From the NCBI RefSeq assembly GCF_004010195.1, contig NC_057758.1, positions 1,261,124 to 1,301,940 on the forward strand: 40,817 nucleotides of DNA, read 5' to 3'. The notes below the pieces were generated by a model, which had not been told where the DNA came from, did not search any database, and was given only the letters and a program-made list of their open reading frames with translations. A program made the position numbers and the translations under genes. Origin of the DNA: Chiloscyllium plagiosum. Lineage: Eukaryota. This document shows positions 1-11,856 of this stretch, one piece after another (position 1 is the stretch's first letter; each line of letters starts with the position of its first letter).

Positions 1-120
1 GCTCTGACTCAGTTTGATCATATCTTTATTGAGCATCACATCCAATTCCATCTGAAGCGGTGTAGCTTTTAAAGGATTAAGCTTGCAGGGGTGTTGTTTT
101 ATCGGAACAGCATTCCCGAC

Positions 121-770
121 AGCAGGTAGTGAAGAAAGCTAATAGCATGCTGGCATTGATAACAAGAGGAATTGAGTACAGAAGCAAAGAGGTCCTTCTG
201 CAGCTGTCCAGGACCCTGGTGAAACCGCACCTGGAATATTGTGTGCAGTTTTGATCTCCAAATTTGAGGAAAGACATTCTGGCTATTGAGGGAGTGAAGC
301 GTAGATTCATGAGGTCAATTCCTGGAATGGCGGAGCGACTAGGCTTGGTATATGCTTGAGTTTAGAAGGCTGAGAGGGGATCTGATAGAGACGTATAAGA
401 TTATTAAAGGATTGGACACTCTGGAGGCAAGAAACATATTTCCGCCGATGGGTGAGTCCCAAACCAGAGGACACAGTATACAAATAAGGGGTAGGCCACT
501 TAGAACAGAGTTGAGGAGAAACTTTTTCACCCAGCGAGTGGTGGGTGTATGGAATACTCTGCCCCTGAAGGCTGTGGAGGCCAAGTCTCTCGATGCTTTC
601 AAGAAAGAGTTGATTAAAGCTCTTCAGGATAGTGGAATCAAGGGTTATGGGGATAAGGCAGGAACAGGATACTGATTGAGGATGATCAGCCATGATCATA
701 ATGAATGGTGGTGTTGGCTCGAAGGGCAGAATGACCTACTCCTGCTCCTATTGTCTACTGGCTATTGTCT
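121..770 (+). mobile_element. 5'-truncated CR1-type LINE (ORF2 C-terminus and 3' UTR) inserted in Gypsy pol
   Basis: ORF 352-675 LEFRRLRGDLIETYKII..RRNFFTQRVVGVWNTLP and upstream LVKPHLEYCVQF are typical of the CR1 ORF2 tail. It ends in a short repeated tail (tattgtctac). Confidence 0.9.
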
Positions 771-3569
771 ACGTCTACCTCATGCACAATAGCAGTAGTC
801 TCCCCGCAAATGCCCGCGTATTGCAGCATCAGACTTTCCAAATGCATTCTTTGGAACTGAGACAGATAGTCTACTAACCTACCTCACTTTCCAACGACTT
901 CCTCATTGTTTAACGCATTCTGAGACACATCAAATTCCACAATATCTGAATGTTATTCCTCACTCCGCAGGGCAGTAACTAACATCTGTTTCTCCAACAA
1001 TTCTTTCTTGGTCATTATAAGACGGTTTCAACATATTCACATGGCATATGCGATACAGTTTATTGTTTTACTTTCTGACATCTACACCAGATAGTTTACC
1101 TTGCTCGACCTTTTTTTTTTCTTAATTTGATAAGCACCACTAAACTTGACTTTGAAGAGATCTCCTACTACATGTAACAATGCGATTGCATCATCTCCAC
1201 CAGAAAATTGTTCGAATTTCAGTGTTTTTTTTTAATCTGAAACATGCTTCCTTCTGTGCTGTAACCTATGCTGTGCCTTGTTTAATTAACACAATCAATC
1301 CCTCCCTCACATCTGGTATATAATCCAAGTGTGAGATCTCCGTGTTCTGTACAGTGAATTTATCTTTAATTTCAAAGTGACTCTCTTTTCATTTCCTAAT
1401 ATTAACCCAAAGGGAGTAAACTGAGCAGATTCGTTTGGGGCAACTTTAAGACAAACAGCACAGGTATGATACATTTATTCCAATGATTCTGCTAATCCAG
1501 AGAGTGTGTTATTAACACGGTCTTCAGCAACTGATACCATTGGGATTCAGGGAGACACGCACTTGATTTGAAGTGCTGTATAACGAAGCTATTTATGACT
1601 TTCTTTCTGATCCGAGCAATAAAGTTGGATCCTTGGACTGATTGAACGTCTCTGAGTAGTCCAGACCTCGTGAAGAAACCTAATAAGTTCTTTGTCATCC
1701 TTTATGCCTCAATACTCCGTAATGGAATTGCCTCCGGACATATTTTCGTCACATCCATTATGTTTAGCGAGTACTGGTTCCCACTTTGGGTTCTCGGGAG
1801 GGGACCTACAGAATCAATAAGAACCCACATGAAATATTCTTTAAATGCGGGAATTGGTAACAAAGACGCCTGTGCCTTTCCTACCAGTTGGCATGTATAT
1901 CATGGACAGCAAAAGTTAACCAGATCCGTGTGTATTCCAAGTCAATAGAAATGTTTTTGTAAAATGGCCCGAATCTTCCAATCACCTTGCTATCCTCCTT
2001 CTGGTAGCTACCGACAACACAGCGGGTGCACTTCTGCCCATTTCTCTTCTGTAGTAACATCTCGTGGTCTCCATTTTCGCCTTCGCGTTCTATATTATAG
2101 ATAATAATACTCAGGAATATTCTCTCCCTCAATTTCTGAGTATGCATCAACATATATTTTATTTAATGTCTCGTCTTTCTGTTGTACCTCCATTAGCCTT
2201 CCAGAAGTAATCACTTCTGCCTGACCCTCTACCTGTTCAGGTTTTTCCTGCACCATTTCGCCAAACAGGGTATCCACGAACTGAATGTCAATTCCTTTAT
2301 CTTTCTCTTTAGGTTTTGGAACTTTAGTTCCTGGAACTGGCACTGTCAATTATTCCACTGTTACTTCCTTAGTCTTGAGTTGGCACTCCAACCTGATCTT
2401 ACATAGGGGAACGCTAAAGGTCTCTCCATCTACCCCTCAAATTAAAACTGTTTCCGGGAGCAGGTCAGCAAGAGTGTAAATACGGCCATCTCTTACTATT
2501 TGATGCTGGTTAAATCCTGCAGCCCTCGGTATTATAGCTTATTTCACTTCTTCACCTTACTATCTCAGTATATCTTACACACAGAAATGAATTCTTCAAA
2601 GAGATCAGGAACTTACTTCATACACAGCCCTTCCCACGGCTGTGCACTCTCGTGCAGCTCCTCGTCTTTTCTTGGGGTTTCCGTTTCCACTTTCACTTTG
2701 CCACTGGCTTGGCCTCTTTGACCACACCTTTTTGCACAGTGTCCTTCCTTAACGACCATCACTGTGACTTTACGTATCCAATTTTATCACCTGAGGCATT
2801 TTATCACCTGAGGCATTACAATTCATCTTCACCCTATTGGGATTCCTTTTTAACCTGTGGCAAGCAATTGCCAGTGCTCTCCACTCTTTGCTTGTAGTGG
2901 AGGATCTCCCATTCTCCCAATTTCTATCCGTCACAGGGTGAAATTCTTGCTGGAAGCTCAATTTTGTCTTTGCAAAAATATATGTATATCTGCCACCTCT
3001 ATTGCTCTTCTTGTTTCTGGAACGTTCCCTTCATCCAACTGAATTCTTATCATCTCTGGAAGTGAGTTTTCAATCTCCTCAAGCAGAATATTCCCTCTTA
3101 GACCCTAATAGATTGTCTATAGTTTTAGTCCGCACCCATCTGCCAAAATTCCGACTGTGTATTTGACTTTGATGACAAATTCACAATTTCTGACGTTCAA
3201 ACTCTCTCTCCATCTCTCTTTCTTTTCTCTCGTTTTCACTCTTCCTTACTTTTCTCTCCCCAACCACCCCAAACCCCCACCCCTCTCTCTCTCTCTTTGC
3301 TCTCTCTCTCGTTCTCTTTCTCTTTCCTTTTCTTTATCTTCAAACTCAATTTTCGTCAATTGCAATTTCGGTTTTTCAAAGTCGACAGGACTTGTCTGTG
3401 TGTCTGACACAGACAAGTGCTTGAGTAACTCCCTTACATTTTCAGATTTACTTTTCTCCTTTGTTGATCCCAATTCTAACCTCTTTGTTAATTCCAAAGG
3501 TATGAATTTTACTTTCCTTTCTCAATTTTCTTGGCAAATTCGTGAATAATCTTCAATCATCTTAGCAAT

Positions 3570-3720
3570 TCATAGAAGATAGAACATTCTACATAGAACG
3601 TCACAGTGCAGTACAGGCCATTCGGCCCTCGATGTTGCGCCAACCTGTGAAATTAATCTGATGCCCACCTAAACTACACCATTCCATTATTATCTATATG
3701 TATGTCTAATGTCCATTTCT
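3570..3720 (-). mobile_element. Short 3' end of a CR1-type LINE inserted in the Gypsy leader
   Basis: catagaac..acaggccattcggccctcgatgttgcgcc matches the LINE 3' terminus seen at ~36200-36255. Confidence 0.6.
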
Positions 3721-3902
3721 ATTCCTTTCAATTTAATCAACTACAAACCAACGAAGGTGAAAGAAATGTCTCCTCTACGTTTTTTATTTCAAACAATCTA
3801 GGGCACTAATTGGCAAGTGTTTAAATATGATAGAATTTTTCCTACCCAAAATCTGTTCAAGCCAGTCCAAATCTTAGACTGTATTTGTTTAAAACGATAC
3901 CA

Positions 3903-3920
3903 GTCACGGGCCGAGCCCCA
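3903..3920 (-). promoter_or_regulatory. Primer-binding site (tRNA-Pro-like) of the Gypsy element
   Basis: The minus strand reads LTR end ..ttaaca, then gttt, then TGGGGCTCGGCCCGTGAC, resembling the Pro-type PBS TGGGGGCTCGTCCGGGA. Confidence 0.6.
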
Positions 3921-3924
3921 AAAC

Positions 3925-4650
3925 TGTTAAGACATGATGGTGAATCCTTCTGCTAATTAAACGAAATAACACAGAAAAACTCACCTCGCCTCATAATCTG
4001 TTAAAGTATGAGTGACATAGAACTACCCAACTTCAGCTATTTGAAGGATAATATATCATTTTCTTATTTTTATATCGAATGTGAACATTAAGCAACAAGT
4101 GCTTTCAACTCTCAGCTTCCTTTGTCTTAAACGTTTCTTATCTTCCTCCCACTTTTTAACGATATCCTGATCCAATAAAAGCCCCTGTTAAATTTATGCA
4201 ACTTCATTTTCAAAATCAGTTAGCGGCCATCGTCTCCAGTGTCTGTCTTCCTCTGTTTGTATGTCTCCCTGGTCTTTTCCTGCACAGATGTTTCAGATGA
4301 AAAAGGTACCTTTGACAGAGGTTGTAATGAATAGCAGTCTTTCTATGGTAGTTGGTGCTTTTTCTGGCTACCTGCCCAAAGTGCCTGTTTTTTTCCTTAA
4401 ATATCCGAAACATTGGATCGTCTCATTAGTTCGATGTTGTCAACATAGGTAAGCTCAAAATTGATTGAGTGTTAGTATCTTCGACATAATTTAACTGATT
4501 AGGAAATTAAAACTGCTGCGGAGTAACATAGGTATTGAGGTTACATACAAATGCTGCATCTTTCAATATTCCAGCACACATTATGTTTGCTTGTCAGTCA
4601 CATGACAGGTATTTGACAGGTTTCAGCTTTCACACTAAAGCTACAGGACA
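3925..4650 (-). repeat. 5' LTR of the Gypsy element
   Basis: Minus strand is bounded TGT...AACA, is followed by the PBS, and resembles both ends of the solo LTR at 24432-25130. The outer boundary is approximate. Confidence 0.7.
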
Positions 4651-4679
4651 CAGCTTCAACTTCATACTACTGGAGACTC

Positions 4680-4860
4680 AGAGTTGGAAAAAAACCTGGC
4701 GCTTCAGAACTCATGGCAGACCAGGCATCATCTGAGGAGCAAGGTAGTCGACGTTTCAGGCCAGAAGAAAGATCCTGCTCGAAATATCGACTCTCTTGCT
4801 TCTCGGATGCCGTCTGACTTGCTGTGCTTTGTCCAGCGCCAAGCTTTTGATCGGTGATTT
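4680..4860. mobile_element. Degenerate hairpin element (Penelope-terminus-like family)
   Basis: Imperfect inverted repeat: caggcatcatctgaggagcaagg..tcgacgtttc / gaaatatcga..cttgcttctcggatgccgtctg. Same family as 20221-20375. Confidence 0.65.
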
Positions 4861-4884
4861 CTCGGTTTTGCCGAGTCTTGGACA

Positions 4885-5027
4885 GTTAAATCTGGGACTG
4901 AAAGTGAGACTGGGACAGGGAGCTCAGGGGCTGACAGAGACTGGGACAGTGAGCCGTGGGGCTGAACGAGAGTGTGGCAGAGAGCTCTGGGACTGAGAGT
5001 GAGACTGTGAAATTGAGCTCTGGAGCT
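4885..5027 (-). repeat. Short reverse-oriented piece of the satellite found at 26460-33150
   Basis: gactgggacagtgagc / agagctctgggactgagagtgagac is the reverse complement of the cagtcccagagctcactgtcccagtc unit. Confidence 0.85.
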
Positions 5028-5805
5028 GACAATAGGAGCAGGAGTAGGTCATTCTGCCCTTCGAGCCAACACCTCCATTCATTATGATCATGGCTGATCA
5101 TCCTCAATCAGTATCCTGTTCTTGCCTTATCCCCATAACCCTTGATTCCACTATCCTTAAGAGCCCTATCCAACTCTTTCTTGAAAGCATCGAGAGACTT
5201 GGCCTCCACAGCCTTCAGGGGCAGAGTATTCCATACACCCACCACTCGCTGGGTGAAAACGTTTCTCCTCTACTCTGTTCTAAGTGGCCTACCCCTTATT
5301 TTTATACTGTGTCCTCTGGTTTGGGACTCACCCATCGGCGGAAATATGTTTCTTGCCTCCAGAGTGTCCAATCCTTTAATAATCTTATACGTCTCTATCA
5401 GATCCCCTCTCAGCCTTCTAAACTCAAGCATATACCAAGCCTAGTCGCTCCAATCTTTCAGCATATGATAGTCCTGCCATTCCAGAAATTGACCTCGTGA
5501 ACGTATACTGCACTCCCTCAATGGCCAGAATGTCCTTCCTCAAATTTGGAGACATAACCTGCACACAATATTCCAGGGGCGGTTTCACCAGGTCCTGGAC
5601 AGCTGCAGAAGGACCTCTTTGCTTCTGTACTCAATTCCTCTTGTTATCAATGCCAGCATGCTATTAGCTTTCTTCACTACCTGCTGTCGGGAATGCTGTT
5701 CCGATAAAACAACACCCCTGCAAGCTTAATCCTTTAAAAGCTACACCGCTTCAGATGGAATTGGATGTGATGCTCAATAAAGATATGATCAAACTGAGTC
5801 AGAGC
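5028..5805 (-). repeat. Inverted duplicate of positions 1-755 (CR1 fragment plus Gypsy junction)
   Basis: Near-identical reverse complement of 1-755, including the same LINE/Gypsy junction. It differs by scattered substitutions and a 24-bp indel (aatctttcagcatatgatagtcct). Confidence 0.95.
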
Positions 5806-6825
5806 GGGTGGAGTTCACTAATTGCGTTCATTGCCAAACCTAATGTGACTCAAAGATTTCGTTTGGATTATTGGAAGGTCAGCACTGCAACACAATTTGA
5901 CTCATACCCAATATCAAGTTTGGAGGATAATATAGAGAAAGGTACATCACAAGTTATTGGTTATTGGAAGGAAACTTTACCAGAGAAAGCGAAAAGAAAT
6001 TCTGCATTTGTAAGCCCAAAAGAGCTACATCAATTCAAAATCCCTTTCATCCCTTTGGAATAAAGAGTGCCCATTGACATACCAACAAATCATGAACAGA
6101 GATTTCACTGTTTTAACTAAATCTACTGTCTTTCTGAATGATGTCGTGATTTTAATTGAGCCCTGGAAAGATCACTTGGTACAGTTAGCAGAACTCATTG
6201 AACAATGAAGAGATGTAAAACTTGTGTTAAGCTTGAAGAAAGCAGAATTCACCAAGGCAGAGTTGACGTTCTTGGGGCATAACATTGGTCTTGGAAGTTT
6301 GACCAAAAGACGTAGGCTCTCGAGGAATTTTCAAGACCAATCTCAAAGAAACGGATGTTTCGATTTTTGTGATTGAGCAGATTCTACCGGAGGTTTCCTC
6401 TGAAACCTCAGTAGCGCAGCTGTTACCAGATTTTCTGATGAAGAACGCAGACTTTCGGTGGTCAGAACAAGGCTAGGAGGCATTTAACAACTTAAAACCA
6501 ATATTAACTTCTGCACCAGTTTTAGCTACACCCAGCTTGTTGAAACGCTTCAAAGTTGCAGGTAATTCTAGTGATGTAGGAGTTGGAATTGTACTGCTTC
6601 AGGAAGATAGTGATGGAATTGACCTATCTTGGTTAGTTTTCAAGGAAACTCAACACCCACCAAATAAACTGGTCTCGGATTGAAAAAAAGAGTTATTGAG
6701 TTTGGTATTGCCCTTACAACGTTATAATGTTCACGTTAGGAACTATGTGCCAGAACACGCATCAGAATCCACTCATCTCCTTGGAGCAATTTAATGGCAA
6801 GAATGTGAGACTATTCATTTCCAGT
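5686..6825 (+). mobile_element. Decayed Gypsy RT-RNase H fragment
   Basis: ORF 5755-6063 (SQSGWSSLIAFIAKPNVTQRFRLDYWKV..DSYPISSLED) is the RT N-terminus. The catalytic motif is degenerate (VFLNDVVI, ~6128-6150). RNase H-like FKVAGNSSDVGVGIVLLQED and ELLSLVLPL follow. Confidence 0.85.
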
Positions 6826-8135
6826 CTTATGTCACCGAGTTCACCAAAATATTTTTCCTTGCACAGAAAGAAAGAATAGAAAATAGTCTCTTCCCGTACA
6901 TGTCCAAGGAGGGAAAGTTCGAAAAGCCCAAAAGGAGAGATACAGGGTCCACTTTAATTTCCGTTCCTAAAATTTCTGTCAGGGTACTTGCTACTTTAGT
7001 CCAATATCTACGGGTCTTATGACCGGTCCATAGGCAATGTACAAGAGTGCCCACCTCTATTTTGCATTTGGGACACATTGGAGATGCTCCTGCCTTAAAT
7101 TTTGCAAGTCGAACCGGTGCTACATGGGCCCTATGAAGTATCTTCAGCTGGATAGCCTGGGTTGTGTTACAGATCGTAATTCTGCTAGCGTTTTCCCAAA
7201 TATCATTCCACGTTTCTATAGAGATTTCTAGTTCCAAATCCTGATCCCATGTTTTAAGCAGATTATCCATATCTCCCGATACTTCATCATGTAGTAAATG
7301 AAATAGTACTGACGCAAGATACCCCCACTGGTCGTAGGACACTACATTCTCTATCTGATTTATAAAGACTATCTAATAACGTAGTCTTCTTCTGTATATA
7401 ATCTCGAATTTGGAAGTATCGAAAGAGGTCTCCAATAGGTAATCCGAATTTCTGACGCAGCTGTTCAAAAGACATCAGGACCCCAGTTAATAAGTGGGTA
7501 TTGAACTTGAGAGGCCTCGATGTCCAACCAGATTGATTGTGGATCAGACAAGACCCAATCAGCTATGTAACTTAATAGGGAACTTAACTGATATTTCCTA
7601 AAGTCTGGGAAGTCCAATCCTCCCCTTGTCAAACCAACATCTATTATGTCTTACAGTTTATCTAAGAGAGTCCAAGAATTCCTTAGCCTTTTCTGGTGAT
7701 CCAAAGTTTTATACGGATCCTTCATGGTTAAAGCGGAACGCCGCTGGATAGTGTAAGGAATACTGAATATTTAAGTTCCTTAAACGCTTCTTCGCCTCGT
7801 CGAATGCCTTCCTCTTTCGGACCAGAGCTGGCGAAAAGTCCTGGAATAACATGATCTTGGATCCTTTATAGATCAAAGCTTGGGGGTCTTTTCCGAGATT
7901 TCTAGAGGCTTCTAGGAGTATCTGCCTCTACTTGTAGCTCTGCAGCCGGAACAGGACCGGGCGTGGGCGCTGGTTCGAGCTGGGTGCGCATATTGTTACT
8001 TGGTAGGCCCATTCTACCCTTACCCGGCCTGATCCAGCTTCCAGATTTAAAAGCTATGGCTGCCACTGCTCGAGGAAAGCTGCAAGCTGACCTTCCTCTT
8101 CCCGTTCGGGATGGCCCAGCAACCGATTTTTTTTT
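6826..8135 (-). mobile_element. Internally deleted L1-clade LINE (ORF1 C-terminal half joined to ORF2 C-terminus)
   Basis: ~7700-8130 translates to RPRPVLFRLQSY..LIYKGSKIMLFQDFSPALVRKRKAFDEAKKRLRNLNIQYSLHYPA (L1 ORF1p). ~6827-7630 gives GLDFPDFRKYQ, FGLPIGDLFRYFQIRDY and QLKILHRAH..CPKCK..GTLVHCLW (post-RT region and zinc finger). Confidence 0.85.
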
Positions 8136-8147
8136 TACTTTGGCTTT

Positions 8148-8465
8148 TTAGATTAGATTAGATTACTTTACAGTGTGGAAACAGGCCCTTCGGCCCAACA
8201 AGTCCACACCGACCCGCCGAAGCGCAACCCACCCATACCCCTACATTTACCCCTTACCTAACACTACGGACAATTTAACATGGCCAATTCACCTGACCTG
8301 CACATCTTTGGATTGTGGGAGGAAACCGGAGCACCCGGAGGAAACCCACGCAGACACGGGGAGAATGTGCAAACTCCACACAGTCAGTCGCCTGAGGCGG
8401 GAACTGAAACCGGGTCTCTTGCGCTGCGAGGCAGCAGTGCTAACCACTGTGCCACCGTGCCGCCC
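8148..8465 (-). mobile_element. HE1-type SINE, full length
   Basis: tRNA-like head (gggcggcacggtggcacagtggttagcactgc), V-domain core and (TCTAA)n tail. Near-identical to 39527-39840. Confidence 0.9.
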
Positions 8466-8504
8466 ACCTGAACATTGTCCCTGATGAACTTTATATAAAT
8501 AATT

Positions 8505-10050
8505 ATCAGGTCACACCTGCAATCCAAATAAAAAAATTTCCAGCTTAACCAGTTTCAGTGAACCCAGGGAGAGAGCTGATTAATTCCACTGTGCATGCAT
8601 CACTGACCCCGGAGCGAGCTCAGACTGATCCCACTGTGTCTGCTTATCGCATTTTGATGCACGTTCACTGTTCCAGTGCCTCACTTAATGACGTCATGGG
8701 AAAACGATGCTCAGTGATCCTGAATTGGGACTGATTTCTCTTCTTCATAAAAACTGCTTCTGACTGTCTAAGCAATTTTAGTGAGAGAGTTATTGGATAT
8801 TTCAATACATCCTTCATCTGACCCCTGAACTTGGTCAATGCGATGGCATAAACATAGGTATTTGTGCAACAACTTTTAAGCCGGCAGATGTATCTAAATT
8901 CCTTTACAAAATAATGGAGAAATATCGCCTACTGCCCAAATGGACGGACACGTTTCCATATTGAATGAAGCATAATGACTGCGCACAGCAGTGCAAAGTT
9001 GACCGAGACGAGAAACAGTAAAATTATGGATGTTTTCAGAATCTCCATTTTTGTGTCTATGACATTGCTTCCTCTGCTGAGAGTTTGAAGTCTCCTATCT
9101 CACAAAACCAAGAAAGATTCTTTAGTCGATACTGACTCGTTAACATAAAATACAAAAAGATGTCCTGTAGACAGCTCAGTACCGTCACTATTCCCAATAC
9201 AGCAGAATCAATTTTCTTAGTGCAATATTTACGTTTCAGTTTCTGTCAACAAATGGCCATAAATCGATCAAAGGTGAAGGCACAATTGAACCAGACAGAA
9301 CAATCCATGACTGCATAGACAAGAATGACATAGATGTTTCACACAGGAAGGAATTTCACAAAGTGAAATTCTTTCACATAAACAATGGGAATGTGCCTTA
9401 GTGTCAAATGAAAAATGTTGATCAGCAGATCCGCCACTGCCATCTCCACCAGATAGTTGGTTACACATTTAGAGAGACTGCACTTTGATCGAGAGAGGAT
9501 TCCAATCGCCAGTACGCTTAATGCGAGAAAGGGCAATAAAACGTGCAAATCATGTATCAGTTGAATATAACACATCCAATTTGAAAGCATTTGGAGGAAA
9601 ATATCCTCAGAATTAAAGGCCACACATTTCAGACTGAGGTGAGGACAGATTAGTGTTCTTAGAGTCTTGCATCGTTGAAATCCCTTGCCACAGAGCGCTG
9701 TGGCAGCAAGAGTCCTCATTTTTGAAGGAGGCTCAAAATGTTAACCCTCTTCTTCGCTCCAAAGAAACTACTCTCAAAAAGAGCCACATGGAAATCAAAA
9801 AACGACGACACAAGGTAAATCGGGAAGATGTTCCCGATGACTGATGGAATAAAAAACTGTTTAAGTGGGGAGTGGGATGGTTGCGATTTTGGGGGAAGGT
9901 GATCATAGTCTAAGGACTGAGGTTAAATGTGAACTAAATTTCCCTTTCTCTCCACAGATGCTGCCACAACTGCTGAGCTTCTCAAGGTTTGCCTTGATGA
10001 TGTATGTGTTGAAAAGGGTGGCGTTGATAAAGCACAGTAGGTCAGGCAAA
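8505..10050. repeat. Duplicated block homologous to ~33890-35610 (3' flank, exon 2 and distal intron of the GPCR)
   Basis: Colinear similarity in non-coding flanks: tcaggtcacacct..gaacccagggagagag..cactgaccccgg, and aggactgaggttaaatgtgaactaaatttccc. Confidence 0.9.
8745..9520 (-). pseudogene. GPR139-like GPCR pseudogene (exon 2 only)
   Basis: Homologous to 34125-35023. The acceptor AG is mutated to AT (9521-9522). There are TGA stops at the TM3 disulfide Cys (9339-9341) and at 9246-9248, and a ~142-bp deletion removing TM5 at ~9094. Confidence 0.92.
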
Positions 10051-11329
10051 ATGCCGGTTTTGAACTAGATGTGCTTCAGACTAATTTTCCAGATTTTGGA
10101 TGAGACAGTTGAAAATGCCCCCATCCAGAGACAGACCATTGAATTTCTTACAAAACAAGGGGTGGGGCAGAATTTGAGATGTGCGCATGTTGGGAAAAGT
10201 TTCAGAACTGGTGGACGTTGCAGAAATGGGAAGCAGTAAGGATGTAGATTTGAACAGCACGTATCAACGCAAAAGTGTATTGAGGGACATCGGTTGGAGG
10301 GGAAGACGAGGAGAGTAGCGGTAGTTCTTTGCTGGATAATATTCGAAAGGTCCAAATGAATGACTCTGCATCCTTGATTCGTTGCATCATCACTCGATAT
10401 GTCGAAAAACGGCCACACTAATTCTTTTTGCAGTTGCACGAATCGATTAAACAACCTGCACAGACTCGACCACAGGCTGTGATGGGCTCCACAAGTACCA
10501 GGCTCGCGAGAAGTAGCATCAATTTTTCTTCATTCTCCACGGAGCTCCACAGCTGTGCAATGGGTAGACTGGAAAATCAAGACTATTGAAGTGAGAACCA
10601 GTAATATTCGATGCTAATGATCACATTCAAACCTGAAAGACTGGCTCCATTTTTTGAATGTTAAAGAAAGTAAATCAGTAGCTGAGATGCACTAGAGCTG
10701 GTACTAATTAATGGTAATTCATCCCTCATTTATCAGTGAACCGACCTGCATTACAAAGAAACTGCTGGAGGATTCACAAAATTCTTCGCTCTATGTAAAT
10801 GCAGAATTTTTCTCCAGAGGAAAATTTAATACATCGTTCATCTGTTGTGTTTTAGAAAGATTAACGGATTATATTGACGCAATTTCTCCATTTGCCCCTG
10901 ATGTCCGTCTTTATTGACCCTTTCAATGCTTGATTGATTTCCCTTTTTGAAAATCTCCGTAATTCTGCTTCCCTTGTCCTTTCAGGCAGCTCATTCCATC
11001 AGAAAAGTTCTCCATGTAAAGAGAAATTCTCCTCCTCGCCCATCTTTTCAAAATTATATTCATTGTGCCTAATAGCTTTGATTCTTCACCATCTCACATG
11101 GTCACTCCAACGATAGGAGTTGTTAGCTTGGAACCAATATTCATTCAGTAAGGAGCCTAATTCATATCTTTGATCATTCAGCAAGAAAAGTTAATTACAG
11201 GATCTTGCTATGTGCTGCTTTCAATCTTTCATTTATCAAGATGTCATGTGGCTGCAACCGTGATGCATCGCCTCTCTTGTTCGAAGAGACGTCTTAGAGT
11301 TGTGGCAAGTATTTGGAAAACACATCCGT

Positions 11330-11579
11330 CCTCCTGTCTCTGTTCACACTATTTCATCGCTCAACCCATGCCTAAAGTTCTCTCTCTCGCACATTCTTCT
11401 GTGTCTCATTTTCTGTCCGTCCTTAGTGATCTCTCTTGCTCTCACTTCCGCCTTCCCCATTACATTCTCCCTCCATTTTCCTGTTTCTCTATGTCTCAGT
11501 TTGCATCTCTTTATCTCTCCACCCTCTCCAATTGTTTCCTTTCTCCTCATCTCTCTCTTTCTCTGCCTCTCTCTTCTTT
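11330..11579. repeat. CT-rich low-complexity tract
   Basis: Degenerate (CT)n composition. Confidence 0.7.
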
Positions 11580-11856
11580 TTAGATTAGATTAAATTCCCT
11601 ACAGGCCTTTCGGTCCACACCAACCCTCCGAAGAGTAATCCACCATGACCCTCTGACTAATGCACCTAACACCATGGCAGTTCACCATGGCCAATTCACC
11701 AAACCTGCACATCTTTGCACTGTAGGAGGAAACCGGAGTACCCGGATGAAACCCATGTTGACACGGGGAACATGTGCAAAGTTGATACAAAGATCCAATC
11801 TGCATCCTTGACGCAGTGAGGCAGCAGTTCTGATCACTGAGCCATCGTGCCGCCCC
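11580..11856 (-). mobile_element. Diverged HE1-type SINE
   Basis: ttagattaga tail, ggccaattcacc..cctgcacatcttt core and cactgagccatcgtgccgccc head. Confidence 0.85.

Larger units (their letters stand above)
1..4650 (-). mobile_element. Decayed Gmr1-like Ty3/Gypsy LTR retrotransposon (5' LTR, PBS, gag, IN, start of RT), running off the left edge of the window
   Basis: Manual minus-strand translation gives SCAN-like gag LRGNILLEEIENSLPEMIRIQLDEGNVPETRRAIEVAD (~2988-3104). Integrase remnants include HFYW...C...TCQLVGK, LIDSVGP..RTQSGNQYSLNIMD..CPEAIPLRSI and FFTRSGLLRDVQSVQGSNF..QHFKSSACLPESQ (~1500-2000). The pre-RT segment HEVDV|GNAVPIKQHPCKLNP is split by a LINE at ~120/770. Many stops and frameshifts. 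Confidence 0.85.

Noticed and set aside
10065..10454. 129-aa ORF next to the pseudogene, considered as its exon 1
   Set aside because: No YYP..GI motif, no matching donor and no similarity to 38664-38844.
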